DNA of 64,000 nucleotides from Escherichia phage PBM-2. Location of the stretch: the sequence record PV029541, one strand, 5' to 3'. Made by a program: the position numbers and the translations under genes. Below, piece after piece: positions 46,425 through 58,226 of this stretch. The notes beneath the pieces were generated by a model. The model was not told where the DNA came from, ran no database searches, and saw nothing but the letters and a program-made list of their open reading frames with translations. Every line of letters begins with the position of its first letter. Position 1 is the stretch's first letter.

Positions 46425-48389
46425 TTACCGATTTTGTCTTGGTTGCATATACTCAGGCAAACCCTGTGCCTGACGTAAATACCGTGCAGCACGTTCTTCA
46501 TCTTCCTTGGCTCGTGCTCTGTCCATACTAGCCTGTGACCGGAAACCTCTTGGAGCCAGGTTAGATGGGTCTGCTTGAACTTGTGCTTGAGCAGCTTGTA
46601 GCATTGCAGCAGCTTTAGTAACAGCTTCCTGACGAGCAGGCAACAATGCAGTAAGTCCTGTTTGTCCGGTGTTAATCTTGTTCTGGGTATTTGTCAGTGC
46701 AGCTACAGCAGCATCATAAGCAGTCTGTGCTGCCTGAATATTCTGCATGGCTTGAGCACGACCAAGGTTACGCACACTGCCTTCCAGTGGTTCACCACGT
46801 TGTACACCCTCAATTAACTGATCTACCAGACGGTCATTAAGACGCATACCATTACCAGCTTCATTGGTAATGAATGGGTTAACCGCATCAATAGCACGGC
46901 TAATGTAACCTTCAGGTACACCAGTCTGTGCACGTTGCATAACAGCAGCAGCCATAGCTGGAGACATATTCCCACGTTGAGAAATATCAGTTAATCGGTT
47001 AAGTACCCAGTTACGGTCAGCACCCTTAAAGTCACCATCCAGTAGACGATTAGCAATCTCACCTACTGGAGTATTATCGGTGACAGTACCCAGGAAATCG
47101 GTATTAAGGCTACCGGTATTATCCTGCATAGAGCGAGTACCAATCATACCCTGAGCCAAGGTAGATACTGCCTGATTTCCCTGATTATTCTGAAGCAGAG
47201 AGAATGGGTCAGCCCCTACTTCAGCTTGGGCAATAACAGGTTTAATCTGTTCCCAAGTCATATCCTTATAAGCACCTGGGGTAGAGTTAGGTAAAGCAGC
47301 CCAGGTATCTTTAAGGTTACCATTCTTACGAGCCTCAAAAATAGCCTTACCAATCTTCTCCTGGTTCTCAGGGGAAAGAGGTTGGTTCTGCCAATCTGAA
47401 CCAAGAACTTTGGGGGCAAAGTCTTTCAAGGTAGCTTGGTTAATCTGAAATGCACCAACAGGGGAAGCACCCTGGTTCGATTTCATACCATCCTGGTGTT
47501 TAATTACATCACCAATACTCATTTGAGTAATAGGAGTAGATGTACCAGCAAACTGATAAGTAACATCGTAAGGTGAACCCTGACGAGTACCAGCAGTACC
47601 AGGAGCAGACGTAGCACCTACACCATTACCGTAAACACCCGGGTAAGCATTAGCCAGTAATCCCTGCAAGCGTGCCTGTGCAACTGGAGACAGGTTCTTA
47701 CTGTATGCTTCTGCCAACAGACGGGCATCATTAGGGTTCTCAGCACCACGGGTAATCTGTGCCATTACACCCATAGCTGCCTGACTATCGGCATCATTAC
47801 GTTGAGCAACACCCAAATCAAAACGATTGCTCGCCTGATTAATAGCAGCACTACCCTGTCCTTGTAAACTACCTAACAATTCTAACTGTTGGTCAGCTGG
47901 GAGCGTAGATAATGCCTCACGAGTCTGACCCAATGCAGTATTAATACGATTCTGGTCACCAGACTGATAAGCCTCAGACAATAAACGAATAGCCGGAGAA
48001 GCATTATCTAGTGCTGAGTTAATATCCTTTAAGCGACCAAAGCGATATGCAATGTAGTCATTGGTTCCCTGCTGTCCTTGTTGAGTCAGCAGTGTACCTG
48101 CTCGCTCATCCAGATTCTGGAGAGTACGCTGGTTTACCAATGAAGGGTCAACCCCCTGAAACAGTGCACCTGATGCCAAAGCATTACGGTACTCAGTAGG
48201 ATCTTGATACTGCATAGCATTCATCATGACGGCATTGCCAGCCTCCTGCTTGGCAGCGTTCTGGAAATTACCCAGTGCATCACTTAAGCCAGAGGTGGCG
48301 TTACCAATCATGTTGCCAAATGTGCGAATGCTGTCACCTACTCCAGAGAAGTTAGGTGCATCAACATTACGCCATGTAATTTGAGCCAT
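46425..48389 (-). CDS. putative virion protein (654 aa)
   Basis: ORF track; Gln/Ala/Asn-rich; located in virion module next to vRNAP. Confidence 0.45.
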   Translation of the reverse strand: MAQITWRNVDAPNFSGVGDSIRTFGNMIGNATSGLSDALGNFQNAAKQEAGNAVMMNAMQYQDPTEYRNALASGALFQGVDPSLVNQRTLQNLDERAGTLLTQQGQQGTNDYIAYRFGRLKDINSALDNASPAIRLLSEAYQSGDQNRINTALGQTREALSTLPADQQLELLGSLQGQGSAAINQASNRFDLGVAQRNDADSQAAMGVMAQITRGAENPNDARLLAEAYSKNLSPVAQARLQGLLANAYPGVYGNGVGATSAPGTAGTRQGSPYDVTYQFAGTSTPITQMSIGDVIKHQDGMKSNQGASPVGAFQINQATLKDFAPKVLGSDWQNQPLSPENQEKIGKAIFEARKNGNLKDTWAALPNSTPGAYKDMTWEQIKPVIAQAEVGADPFSLLQNNQGNQAVSTLAQGMIGTRSMQDNTGSLNTDFLGTVTDNTPVGEIANRLLDGDFKGADRNWVLNRLTDISQRGNMSPAMAAAVMQRAQTGVPEGYISRAIDAVNPFITNEAGNGMRLNDRLVDQLIEGVQRGEPLEGSVRNLGRAQAMQNIQAAQTAYDAAVAALTNTQNKINTGQTGLTALLPARQEAVTKAAAMLQAAQAQVQADPSNLAPRGFRSQASMDRARAKEDEERAARYLRQAQGLPEYMQPRQNR

Positions 48390-48401
48390 GATGGTTTCCT
48401 A

Positions 48402-48866
48402 TTAACGGGTTAATTTATTAGCTGCAATATAAGCATCAGCAGTAGACTGGTCACGGTTCTCTGCTGTAGCACGACTACGAGCACGATCTTCCAGTGCAGT
48501 GTTATAAGACTTAATCTGGTTATTCAGGTTAGTGTTAGTAACACTCTTAGTAAAGTTCAACTGGTCTTTGGCTAACTTATTAGCCTGGAAACCACTGTAG
48601 ATATTAGCTAATGAACCAAGTGCACCCAGTCCTAATTGGAAGGTAGGTACATTCAATCCCAACTGATCAGCTGAACCAGACAGGAAAGAAGTAGGGGAGG
48701 CTACTCCTGTATTTGCCCCCATACCAATAGTTGCACCTGGGTTATAGTTCATAGCCGGGGTATTAAAGTTCTGATTGTTATTAGACATCCAAGACATAGC
48801 AGCTGGCTGTGGAGTTGGGTTGCCTGTTAAGAATGACAAATCCATGGGGATTCTCCTGTTAAACAA
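48402..48866 (-). CDS. putative virion protein (154 aa)
   Basis: ORF track; overlaps downstream gene start by 8 nt. Confidence 0.4.
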   Translation of the reverse strand: MFNRRIPMDLSFLTGNPTPQPAAMSWMSNNNQNFNTPAMNYNPGATIGMGANTGVASPTSFLSGSADQLGLNVPTFQLGLGALGSLANIYSGFQANKLAKDQLNFTKSVTNTNLNNQIKSYNTALEDRARSRATAENRDQSTADAYIAANKLTR

Positions 48867-51513
48867 GGTCAGTATTAAGAGTCATATCAGAGTAGTTGCC
48901 AACCATGTCTAAAGACAAGTCAGCTATATCTGAACCAGTCATGAGAGTACGTGACAAGAATGAATCCAACGACTCCATTGACACGAATTGCATGGGGTCA
49001 ATCACACCCTGTCCAGCAGTACCGAACATCTCTTCATACTGCTTATTGATTGCCATCATATCAGTATTGTACTGCTGCATTACACTCTCTGCTTTCTGAA
49101 TAGTAGCAGCCGTGGATGCATTAATATACTGACTAATGCCATTACCCACTGAACTGGTAAGTTGCATGATGTTTTGAGCATTCATCATTTCACCAGCTAA
49201 AGAGGATAAGGATGTACCAGTAGACAAAGCAGTACCAACGTTCATGGCTACCATTGAGGCAATAGCAGCAATGATAAAACCTAGCTTATCACCGAACAGT
49301 GAAGTAGATACTTTAGTAATAATGGATACCAGAATCATTGCAGCTATGGCGTTTGCTACAGCACCAACTATTACAGCAGCTAATCCAACAAAACCAAGTG
49401 ATGCACCGACTGCACCGTATGCCCCAAGTATACCTGCACCACCAGCACCTGCTGTAAATACAGAGACAACTACAGCTACCACTACAACAACAATTTTAAA
49501 TGCCCCAGTCTGATACCACTTCTGCTTAACCTTCTTATATGAGTTCATCACTAAGTAGGAGCAGGCAGTGGATAACTGAGTGCTACGAACCAGTGACATT
49601 GAACGGTAGATATTGGTGTGCAGTGGAATAATGAATCCACTCTCCTCTGCATCACCCATTGCTTCGGCAACATCAATGTGCACTGACTTATTTTTATATA
49701 CCCTGTTGTTGTGATTTAGACCCAGTACCCTAAGTTTACGATAGGTATTATTACCATCCTGCCAAAGCAACTCGTATTCCTGCATTGAATAGAATGTGTA
49801 TGTTACCTCAAGTTTCTTAGCAGAACCGGAGTTGGAAGCTGTCCTTATGTTCTTACGAGTAAGGGTTATATCTCCTGCATACCTGGCTCGAAGTTGCCCC
49901 TGCTTAGCACCAGACCATGCTTGACCTGAATGGGTAGTTTCAGATACATAGTTCCAGCCAATAGTCATGTCGTACTTGTACTGCTTATTACTATGCACCC
50001 TAAACTCTCGCTTAGGTATAACTGGGTATTCTGGCAGTGGTGGAGGTGTTCCAATAATATGCCCTTCAGTCCTGTTCCACCATTCCACATATGCGTCAAC
50101 TGCATCATTTGCTGCCTGATAGCCTGCAATCACTGCTTCCAGTGTTGGGTAGGTTGGGTCAGGTGGGAATGCTTCAGTAGCCATCTGAAAGAAACGATAG
50201 ATGTATTCCTTAGCACTATCCTCGGGGGTATTAAGGGATACACCAAATGAACCATAGATGTACTGAATATCACCTATGTCATCATTCTTCTTAAGCTCTG
50301 TGACTACTTTATCAATTTTTCCACCAGTAGCTTTATAAAGGGCTTTCTTACAGTGTGGGTAGATTGGGTCATTCTCTACCCATTGCTTATCATTTCTGAT
50401 TGGAATGAATGGGTAGAATCGGTTATCAGTAGCTTCAGTCTCGAACAAAGAATCCAGTGCAACGTTACCGGAGTTCTGCTTATAAATAAGCATTTTAGGT
50501 GTACTAACAGCAGTCATCTCGGTATCAGTACGGGTAGTCTGGGATGAGTACTTACGAACCAGTGTCTCTGTGGTTGTAGTGATTGTATCTGTACGAGTAA
50601 CACCTCCACCTATATCAACCACATTAGTAGTTACAGAAGTACTGGATTGAATCTCACCAAATTTTGTATGAGTCATTACCCTGTCAGATACAACTACAGT
50701 CACATCATCAGGTTTCTCAGTGAATCCTCTACGATAAACTTTAACGTAAGAGTTCCAGTTATCCACACTTGGTTCTGTGACAGTACTGTCTTCATCCGGT
50801 CTGCCATCAGAGTAAACAGAATGAGTATGTATAGTCTTAGTAAGATTGGTTGTGTTAGCCGTCGTATCACTTGAGACGGTAGTCCATAACAAAGTGGAAG
50901 GTAAGTCATCCTCATCATCATAGACAGTAGTCGGTCCTACTACCGGAGGATTAGTAGAAGGGGACTTATAGAATGAGTAATCAGCATAGAGATATAAAGC
51001 ACCTGGTTCAAAGTTAGTAGGTGTGAATGTAATAGTAGAGCCCCCATCTAAGGAGGTCATAGTGATTTCATTAGTATCTTCATCAATATCTATGTCGAAT
51101 CGTTCCATGATTCGACTTGGAGCATTCTCATAAAGATACTGGTCACACCATTGCTCAAAGTCAGCAAAGCCAATCTCTGCTGCCTGAACATAGACTGATT
51201 CACCAGCAGGGGGTGTAATTTGACCCTCTATAACGGTAGGGTCAATCTTAGCCAATACACCCAATGAAGAACCAGCCATACCAACTACTGAATCATAGTG
51301 GTTCTTACTCCAGCTGGAGAACAGTCGCATACGAATACCTGGCCCATTCAGATAACTATCAGAGATAGTATCTGCCATAGTGAATCCTGTATTGGAAACA
51401 ATATTACCTATAACTACAGTCTTCATATAGTTAGGGCGTTTATGTATATCCCCTGCCATGTTATAGACAGAGGATGCTACGTATACTTTGGTCTTCCCAC
51501 TGAATAAGCCCAT
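48859..51513 (-). CDS. large virion protein with multi-helix transmembrane block, putative ejection or channel protein
   Basis: 884 aa; residues about 640-760 form a roughly 100-aa Gly/Ala/Val-rich hydrophobic block (FKIVVVVVAVVVSVF...GAVANAIAAMILVSIITKV...FIIAAIASMVAM). Confidence 0.45.
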   Translation of the reverse strand: MGLFSGKTKVYVASSVYNMAGDIHKRPNYMKTVVIGNIVSNTGFTMADTISDSYLNGPGIRMRLFSSWSKNHYDSVVGMAGSSLGVLAKIDPTVIEGQITPPAGESVYVQAAEIGFADFEQWCDQYLYENAPSRIMERFDIDIDEDTNEITMTSLDGGSTITFTPTNFEPGALYLYADYSFYKSPSTNPPVVGPTTVYDDEDDLPSTLLWTTVSSDTTANTTNLTKTIHTHSVYSDGRPDEDSTVTEPSVDNWNSYVKVYRRGFTEKPDDVTVVVSDRVMTHTKFGEIQSSTSVTTNVVDIGGGVTRTDTITTTTETLVRKYSSQTTRTDTEMTAVSTPKMLIYKQNSGNVALDSLFETEATDNRFYPFIPIRNDKQWVENDPIYPHCKKALYKATGGKIDKVVTELKKNDDIGDIQYIYGSFGVSLNTPEDSAKEYIYRFFQMATEAFPPDPTYPTLEAVIAGYQAANDAVDAYVEWWNRTEGHIIGTPPPLPEYPVIPKREFRVHSNKQYKYDMTIGWNYVSETTHSGQAWSGAKQGQLRARYAGDITLTRKNIRTASNSGSAKKLEVTYTFYSMQEYELLWQDGNNTYRKLRVLGLNHNNRVYKNKSVHIDVAEAMGDAEESGFIIPLHTNIYRSMSLVRSTQLSTACSYLVMNSYKKVKQKWYQTGAFKIVVVVVAVVVSVFTAGAGGAGILGAYGAVGASLGFVGLAAVIVGAVANAIAAMILVSIITKVSTSLFGDKLGFIIAAIASMVAMNVGTALSTGTSLSSLAGEMMNAQNIMQLTSSVGNGISQYINASTAATIQKAESVMQQYNTDMMAINKQYEEMFGTAGQGVIDPMQFVSMESLDSFLSRTLMTGSDIADLSLDMVGNYSDMTLNTDLV

Positions 51514-51514
51514 A

Positions 51515-52357
51515 TTAGTTCAGCCCGTTGTTAGACTTCAGCTTGGTCAGAATGGTGTCAATACTTGCGTTAGTGAAACCATTTGGTGGATTCAAGCCTT
51601 CATCAATAGTCTTCTGAGTAATCCATGCATCAGTAAACAGCTTAGATGCTTTAACCTCTGCATCACGTTGATAAGAAGTAATCTGTTGTGAGTACAACTC
51701 TTTCTGTTTACCTACAGAACCAGTAACAGTAGCTCCATCACTACGGGTATCAAGTGTCTGTGCACGTTGTGCTTCAGTCTGCTCAGTAAGCAATTTAAGC
51801 TGTTGAGGTAACATCTGACTAACATTAAACAATGCAGCACAGTATGTTTCAGACTCAGTAGCAATCTTCATCTTAGTAAGAGCATACTCACTCTTAGCAG
51901 ACAGTGCCTGAATCTTAGCCAGCACAAACTGTGCTTTAGACGTTGCCAGTTGAACACGAGCAGTAACTGCCTGAATCTGTGCCATAGCAGCAGCCCAGTA
52001 TGCCTGGTCACGACCAAGTAAGAACTGAACAGCATTGCTCATGCAAGATTCCATCATAGCAATGTATGCTTTGGTATATTCACCACCGGTAATACGGTTA
52101 GCTTTAAACTCAGCTTTCAGATGATTGTGTGCAGATTCCATTAATGCATCAAACGTACCACTACCACCAACTTCACGGGTAGTGAGTGATTCATTGGATA
52201 TTTTATCAATAGCACCAAAGATTGGGGAAGCATCCCCACCAGGGATATCCCATTCGGGGCCAGTCATATCAACATCAGGAAGGGTAAAGTCATCACCCTT
52301 AGTTAACTCTTCTAGGAGTCGGTTAGCTTCTACCTCAGCAGAACAAGACATAATCAT
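51515..52357 (-). CDS. putative virion structural protein (280 aa)
   Basis: ORF track; coiled-coil-like Ala/Gln-rich middle; stop adjacent to start of next gene. Confidence 0.4.
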   Translation of the reverse strand: MIMSCSAEVEANRLLEELTKGDDFTLPDVDMTGPEWDIPGGDASPIFGAIDKISNESLTTREVGGSGTFDALMESAHNHLKAEFKANRITGGEYTKAYIAMMESCMSNAVQFLLGRDQAYWAAAMAQIQAVTARVQLATSKAQFVLAKIQALSAKSEYALTKMKIATESETYCAALFNVSQMLPQQLKLLTEQTEAQRAQTLDTRSDGATVTGSVGKQKELYSQQITSYQRDAEVKASKLFTDAWITQKTIDEGLNPPNGFTNASIDTILTKLKSNNGLN

Positions 52358-52427
52358 TCCTCTTGGTTCAAAAAGAAACGGCCCACGGAGTTACCCCAGT
52401 GAGCCGTGTTGAACTGTAGCTTATACG

Positions 52428-53069
52428 TTAATCGTTCAGGCTACCAGCAGCAATCTGTGCCTGAGCTAGTTGAGCTAATTCAGCTTCAGTCAACGGAGGC
52501 AGTACCTCAATGGAGAACTCTCGTGCTTCAGTTGCACGAATATCCGGTAAGCCATTCTTACCTTTACGGGTCGTAATGTTGATGAACTTACGCTCTTTAA
52601 GGAACTCGTAGATACAATACGGAATGTGATAACCATTGTCGGTTACTTCACCGAATGGAACAAACTTACGCACAGTACCCATATATTCGTTAGCTACGGT
52701 GATAATCTCACCTGGCAGGTCTTTCTTCTTAGGGTCAAGGTTCTGGATACGTACACGAATCAGTCGAGTCTGTTCTGCACGAATCTTTTGACCAAGAGTC
52801 ATCTTCTTAACACCAGCTTCCTGTTTTTCACCCAGCGGATTAACGGCAGCTTCTTCTACTACTGGTTCATCTTTTACTTGTGCAGCTTCAATCTTCTCAC
52901 GAAGCTTTTCAACGGAAATGTTGTTAGAGAACTTGATATTCATCAACGTTGCACGTTGCTTAAGAACTTCAAGTTCGCTAGGCATTGCAATATCGTTAAC
53001 GGTATCTTCGTTGCCCTGTACGTTCACTTCTACGTCAGTGGTCGGTTTATCGTTAATGCTCATGTTCAT
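52428..53069 (-). CDS. putative head-associated protein (213 aa)
   Basis: ORF track; directly downstream of capsid candidate on minus strand. Confidence 0.4.
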   Translation of the reverse strand: MNMSINDKPTTDVEVNVQGNEDTVNDIAMPSELEVLKQRATLMNIKFSNNISVEKLREKIEAAQVKDEPVVEEAAVNPLGEKQEAGVKKMTLGQKIRAEQTRLIRVRIQNLDPKKKDLPGEIITVANEYMGTVRKFVPFGEVTDNGYHIPYCIYEFLKERKFINITTRKGKNGLPDIRATEAREFSIEVLPPLTEAELAQLAQAQIAAGSLND

Positions 53070-53136
53070 ATTTCCTGTGGTTCATTCAGTTTTATTAAGA
53101 GGGGGACATTAGTCCCCCTTGTTTTATTTCGGACTA

Positions 53137-54339
53137 TTACAGAGGAGCAACAGTCTTAATCATAGCCAGACGTTCTGGGCGTTTAACCAGGATACCGTAG
53201 TACCACTTGATAGAACTGAAGCCAGTTTCACCATACGGGTCATTACGGTCAGCAGTTTCTTTACCAGGCATCTTAGTCATGATGGAGAACTTAACAGACT
53301 TACCATCAGTCTGGAAGCCAATGGTAGAGAAGGAGTCATCACCAACTACCAGCATCGGGAATACGTCGTAGTGTTCCTGACCACCAACCATAGTAGAACG
53401 ATAGCCTGGGTTAGAAGTAGCCTGAGCACCAGCACCTGCCCAATGCAGCATCTCAGGAACCTGGATAATACGGAACTTGTCGATACAACCAACTTCACCA
53501 TTCATCAGAGTACCGGCATCAGCATAGTGCTGAATTTCGATGAATGCTTTGTTACCGAACAGATCTTTCATCGCTTTCAGTTCTGGAACCAATTCAGAAC
53601 CAACGTACATTACACGAGTACCACCAAGTACTTTGGTATCAGTCAGTTTAGAACCAGTGATAATAGTAGTCTGAGTCGGGGTACGGTTCTCAGTAAGAAT
53701 CTGGTCAAGACGCATCAGGTTCTTATAAGAAACTACAGACGGAGTAGAACCATCACCGGTGATGGTAGCATCAGAAGTAGCAGCACCTGCATACAATACA
53801 GTACCAGCAGCAGCAAGCAGGTCTTTCTGGAGAACAGCTTCAGTCAACTGTACAGCACCGTTCATCAGTTCACGAGACAGGTGTTCTTTCAGCTGGTCAT
53901 CAGAATCAAAGTCCAGAGACTCTTGAGTAAATTCATAGAAGAAACCGAACTTATGGATGGAGCCTTCACGAGACAGACGGGTAAAGCCTACACGGTTAAC
54001 ACGACCACCATTCTCTGTCAGCAGAGGCAGTTTGGAAGTGATGTTACCTACGTCTTTAGAAGAACCATACAGGTTCCCATTAACAATGGTAGCACCATTA
54101 GCATCAATGCCCTGGTCGTTAATGTTCTTATCGTCGAGCAGTGGAACGTACTCATACACCTTAACAGTCTTACCATAGTTCTTAGGCATGTTAATGGTGT
54201 TAGCCAGTGGCATGAAGTACTGGTCTTTACGAGACTGAATAATAGCTTTCTTCAGCCAGTAAAAGGTATTCATCTGATCGGAACCAGCACCATCAATGCT
54301 AGATTTCTGACCGTCAATTGGAGCGTTATAGTTTAACAT
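53137..54339 (-). CDS. putative major capsid protein
   Basis: 400 aa (N4 major capsid protein is about this size), AGGA RBS, position between scaffold and portal candidates, structured hairpin downstream; synteny-based. Confidence 0.5.
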   Translation of the reverse strand: MLNYNAPIDGQKSSIDGAGSDQMNTFYWLKKAIIQSRKDQYFMPLANTINMPKNYGKTVKVYEYVPLLDDKNINDQGIDANGATIVNGNLYGSSKDVGNITSKLPLLTENGGRVNRVGFTRLSREGSIHKFGFFYEFTQESLDFDSDDQLKEHLSRELMNGAVQLTEAVLQKDLLAAAGTVLYAGAATSDATITGDGSTPSVVSYKNLMRLDQILTENRTPTQTTIITGSKLTDTKVLGGTRVMYVGSELVPELKAMKDLFGNKAFIEIQHYADAGTLMNGEVGCIDKFRIIQVPEMLHWAGAGAQATSNPGYRSTMVGGQEHYDVFPMLVVGDDSFSTIGFQTDGKSVKFSIMTKMPGKETADRNDPYGETGFSSIKWYYGILVKRPERLAMIKTVAPL

Positions 54340-54355
54340 ATCGTATTATTCCTGT

Positions 54356-55576
54356 TTAAAGACTACCCGGTACTGGGAGTTTAGCGAAATCTTCATCACT
54401 CATAGCGAGTGGGTTTACAATAGGTGTTGCTTTGCGTGTAGCAGCCCGATTAAGGGAAGCTGCTTTAGCTTGCTCACTGTTAGCCAGAGTCTGCTTAGGT
54501 TGTGCTACACGCACTACCGGCTGAACTGCTGGTTTAACTGCTTGTACCGGCTCAGGCTTAGCTACTTGGTTAAATGCTCCCTGTTGTGCAAGGAGGTTGC
54601 CAACGTAGTTATAAGCCTGAATGAACGGAGTACCTACCGGAATCTGACCTAACATCTGAAGACGATTCACTTCGTTAGCAATGGTGTCATAAATACCATT
54701 CTCACGCTGTTCGTGAATCGTATGGAGTAAGCCACGATTCTGATAAAGAGCATCTTTACTGGCAGCATCCCATGTCGAGCCAATAACACCTAATGTAGCT
54801 TGTCCTTCTTGAGTAGACTTTAAGTCGTCAATTTCGGTTGCAAAATCTGCTTCGGTGTCGGTAACACGGTGATTGCCACCCTGGTAGTTAATTTCCTCAT
54901 CTGGGTTAAAGTCCAGAGGGTCTGTACCAGAGTCTTTGAGCAACTTCTTAATGGCCTCAGGATTCTTCTTATCCAGGTCAATCAGGAAAGAGAGTTTGTC
55001 CTCATCCATTAAACCGTTGTTCTGTAACATCAGCATTACCTTACGGTATGGCTGTAGTTCTTGCATTTTGCGAGTATAGTTAGCACCCATCTGCATCAGG
55101 CTAATGGCCTCCTCCGGTGAACGGGGAGTAATCATTTTGCCGTTAGCTTTAAAAGGAGCCATCAACTTCTCGTAACCTTCCTTATAGTTGAAGTCAGCAG
55201 GCAGACCTTCAGACTGTTTGCCTTCTTCTTTCTGTTCCTGGCCGGGTTCAGCAGTAGAAGGTTCAGCTTTAGTAATCGGCTTACCGTTACTATCAACTTC
55301 TGTGTCAACAACTTTATCATCAACTTTATCAGAAGTTAAAGAATTTGCTGCATCTTCTTCAACTGGTTCGGTTTCAGGGGAGGTTTCTTCGGTTGGTAGG
55401 TCTTCAACAGCAGAGGTGTCAACTTCTTCATCAGGAGTCTGTACGCCGTTGGTTTCTGGGTTGTTCTGAGTGGAAGTATCTTCCTCAGCGATAACTGCTG
55501 GGGCTTCCATATTCAGAATCTCATCATCCGACATTGCGAGAATGTCGGAAGCTGTGGTTGCAGCTTCCGTAGTCAT
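54356..55576 (-). CDS. putative scaffolding protein
   Basis: 406 aa, highly acidic low-complexity N-terminus, lies between portal and capsid candidates. Confidence 0.4.
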   Translation of the reverse strand: MTTEAATTASDILAMSDDEILNMEAPAVIAEEDTSTQNNPETNGVQTPDEEVDTSAVEDLPTEETSPETEPVEEDAANSLTSDKVDDKVVDTEVDSNGKPITKAEPSTAEPGQEQKEEGKQSEGLPADFNYKEGYEKLMAPFKANGKMITPRSPEEAISLMQMGANYTRKMQELQPYRKVMLMLQNNGLMDEDKLSFLIDLDKKNPEAIKKLLKDSGTDPLDFNPDEEINYQGGNHRVTDTEADFATEIDDLKSTQEGQATLGVIGSTWDAASKDALYQNRGLLHTIHEQRENGIYDTIANEVNRLQMLGQIPVGTPFIQAYNYVGNLLAQQGAFNQVAKPEPVQAVKPAVQPVVRVAQPKQTLANSEQAKAASLNRAATRKATPIVNPLAMSDEDFAKLPVPGSL

Positions 55577-55595
55577 AGGAAATATCTCCGGTTAA

Positions 55596-55940
55596 TTATT
55601 CATCTTCAGGTTCAGCACGAACTGCATCGAGTTCTTCTTCTACCTGAAGAATAACGTCAGCTTCGTTTTCGCCCATACGAATGGCGAGGTCGAGCCAACG
55701 ACGTAAGTGACCAGCAGCTTGAGCCATGTTCAATGCATCTGCACGGTTATTAGGTTCAAGCAGTGGGTCACCAGACTCCTGCACGTAACGTGCACAATCT
55801 TCCACACAGAACTGACGAAGAATTACTTTACGGAACAGTGGATACTCCAAAAGTTTACGTACATCTTCTGCGTGTGCAACTGCACCTTTAGCAGCTTCCA
55901 GTCGATGTTCCAGTCCTGCGATTGTTGATTCTTTACTCAT
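55596..55940 (-). CDS. hypothetical head protein (114 aa)
   Basis: ORF track; between portal and scaffold candidates. Confidence 0.35.
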   Translation of the reverse strand: MSKESTIAGLEHRLEAAKGAVAHAEDVRKLLEYPLFRKVILRQFCVEDCARYVQESGDPLLEPNNRADALNMAQAAGHLRRWLDLAIRMGENEADVILQVEEELDAVRAEPEDE

Positions 55941-55953
55941 GTGAAGGTCTGCC

Positions 55954-58224
55954 TTACAAGTTCATGCCAAGAGCCGATGCTGGGTCTTGGCTAGGGTCAT
56001 AGAATTGGGAACTAAGTGAATAAGCTGGGTCTTGTTGTGCAGCTAAGTCACGTTCTGGTATAGAGTTCCCATTAGTCAAAGCGTTATATCCAACAGCAGC
56101 AGATATGTTGGGGGTAGTTTCACCTTCTTTAGTAGGTGTTGTCAACGCCTTAGTTATCTGAAGATTCTGGTTTCCTTGAGATTGTGCTTTTTGTTTTTCC
56201 ATGTCACGAGCATGTTTAGTACCAGATTCCTGTTCCAGATAATCCAGATCTTTAAGGTCACCACTAGAAGCAGCCTCTTTAGCCTTAGCCATATTGAGTG
56301 CAATCTTACTTTGCAGCTCTTCGTTCTCAAGCTGTGCTTTCTGAATTGCCAATTGCTTAAGCTGTTCTTCCATAGGGTCTGGTTGTGGTTGCCATGTACG
56401 TAACTCATGAGCAAGGTCTGGCATACGTTTAAGTTCTGCAATCTTAGCTACAAGAGATAACGTAATAGTCTGGTCAACCGTATTACCTAACGTTTGAACC
56501 ATGAAGCTCAAGTCCTGGGATTTCTGGTTATCAATCTCAGCAGTATTAATATCAACTTCAATGTCGAAATTACCTTTAAGGTCTTCACGGTTAATCTCTA
56601 CGTACTGCTCGTTAGTAATACGTACTACTTCTTTCTCAGATAAGAACACAGCATTCATTGCACAAATCTTAGTACCAATGTCTGCCATACCCTTAGCTAA
56701 TCGACGAAGGATTGCCATCTCACGTTTGGATGCTGCATCTAGTACACCACGAATACCAGCAGCTACATCTCCGTAAGCTTCACCAGTTACACCACCCGAG
56801 AATGCTTTAACACCCGTTAGTGCTTCTGCTTCCTGGTTTTGCATCTGAGTCATTACTATTGCCGACTGGGGTAACTCAGGGAACTTGTGTTCCATAATGG
56901 CCTGACTAGGATTGCCCTGCATTGGGTTATATTCGTAGTCTTGTCCATCATCGTATCGACGACGGTTCAAGGTATCTAACATCCCTTTAGGATAACCACG
57001 TTGACCATTTGCACTTCGGCCCAACAGGTCAATCATCCCACGCATGGTTGCACCAAGAATTGCTTGGTTATCTCCTAGCAATTCAGCATCAGCTTCACCA
57101 TAGAGTTCACGTTTACGAGGCATATAAGGAACAACTACCAATGGTAACTTACCATCTGGGAATGGGTTCTTCTCCATACGAATAAGAGTAGAACCAATCC
57201 AGGTAGCAACAATTGGTTCCAGTGAACCATCATCATTGATGTCGTAGAATCCCCAGTACTCATAAGCAACTACCTTCTTACGAAGTGCATCCTTAAACTG
57301 GAAATCGCTAGGGGTTTTACTTTCATGGTCTGGGTCAGTAATGGGGCTGGAACTCTCCCAGTCAATTTTATCTAGGTTGTGATAACGGTCTTTGTTTTTC
57401 ATAAGGTCTGCTTTGCAAGTCTCAAAGGAAATGACTGCATACAGAGCCTTATCCAAATCACCATTGCAGCTCGGGTCAATAACTACGTTATTAGGATTAA
57501 GCATTTCAACGGTAGGTCTGTTAACCAGTGCTTTTTCTACTTCTACTTCAGTGACCCCTGTCTGAATTGCATAAGTAGCTTCTCCAGTTTCATTGAAGTA
57601 GTTAACAGCTTCTTTGATATCTTCTGGCATTGTTTCGTCATACTCACGGGGATTCTCTGCCTGAAGCTGCAAAGCCTGTTGGAGAACATCTGCTTGTTCC
57701 TGGTTCTCAATTGGATACAACTGGAAGACTGGAGTTTCTGTTTTAATCTTAATAGTCTTACGTTCCCAACCGATACGAGCAATACCAGTACCGTCATCTA
57801 CGACACTATGCACGTAATCATCTACCAGTTTTACTTTATTAAGCTGAGTACGGAATTGGTAGTTAAGAACTAGCTCATTCTGGCGTGCAGCTAACTCATC
57901 TTCAAAAGTAACCGGAGTTACCTTAAATAGTTTGTTAGACGAGAGGAATGGTTCAGACAATGGAGCATAACGCCACTCTGCCTGACGGCGAACCAGTCTA
58001 GGCTGGACTTGCGAGCGTCCCTTAACCTTTGGGGGTTTAGCCTTACCCTTTACTTCCATTAAATCATTCCACTCACGAATCTGTGCCATGATTGCATCGT
58101 GAGCAGGTTTAGCAGATTCCAAATCACCCTTCAGTAATTGGATACTTGGTTCCTTCTTCCAGTCCGTTAACTTCTCTGATTGAGCCGGGTCTGGTAAAGG
58201 CTTAAAAGTGTCTTGGTGTTCCAT
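55954..58224 (-). CDS. putative portal protein
   Basis: 756 aa; AGGAA RBS; position upstream (in transcription order) of scaffold and capsid; synteny and size only. Confidence 0.5.
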   Translation of the reverse strand: MEHQDTFKPLPDPAQSEKLTDWKKEPSIQLLKGDLESAKPAHDAIMAQIREWNDLMEVKGKAKPPKVKGRSQVQPRLVRRQAEWRYAPLSEPFLSSNKLFKVTPVTFEDELAARQNELVLNYQFRTQLNKVKLVDDYVHSVVDDGTGIARIGWERKTIKIKTETPVFQLYPIENQEQADVLQQALQLQAENPREYDETMPEDIKEAVNYFNETGEATYAIQTGVTEVEVEKALVNRPTVEMLNPNNVVIDPSCNGDLDKALYAVISFETCKADLMKNKDRYHNLDKIDWESSSPITDPDHESKTPSDFQFKDALRKKVVAYEYWGFYDINDDGSLEPIVATWIGSTLIRMEKNPFPDGKLPLVVVPYMPRKRELYGEADAELLGDNQAILGATMRGMIDLLGRSANGQRGYPKGMLDTLNRRRYDDGQDYEYNPMQGNPSQAIMEHKFPELPQSAIVMTQMQNQEAEALTGVKAFSGGVTGEAYGDVAAGIRGVLDAASKREMAILRRLAKGMADIGTKICAMNAVFLSEKEVVRITNEQYVEINREDLKGNFDIEVDINTAEIDNQKSQDLSFMVQTLGNTVDQTITLSLVAKIAELKRMPDLAHELRTWQPQPDPMEEQLKQLAIQKAQLENEELQSKIALNMAKAKEAASSGDLKDLDYLEQESGTKHARDMEKQKAQSQGNQNLQITKALTTPTKEGETTPNISAAVGYNALTNGNSIPERDLAAQQDPAYSLSSQFYDPSQDPASALGMNL

Positions 58225-58226
58225 AG

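Noticed and set aside
46425-48389. Possible lysozyme or transglycosylase-like segment (GAFQINQATLKDF) in the 654-aa virion protein
   Set aside because: The resemblance is a short, degenerate string; I could not identify a catalytic Glu/Ser context, so no enzymatic call is made.
53119-54336. 405-aa plus-strand ORF antisense to the putative major capsid protein gene
   Set aside because: Exactly coextensive with the minus-strand capsid ORF, no RBS, low-complexity composition; all neighbouring genes are on the minus strand.
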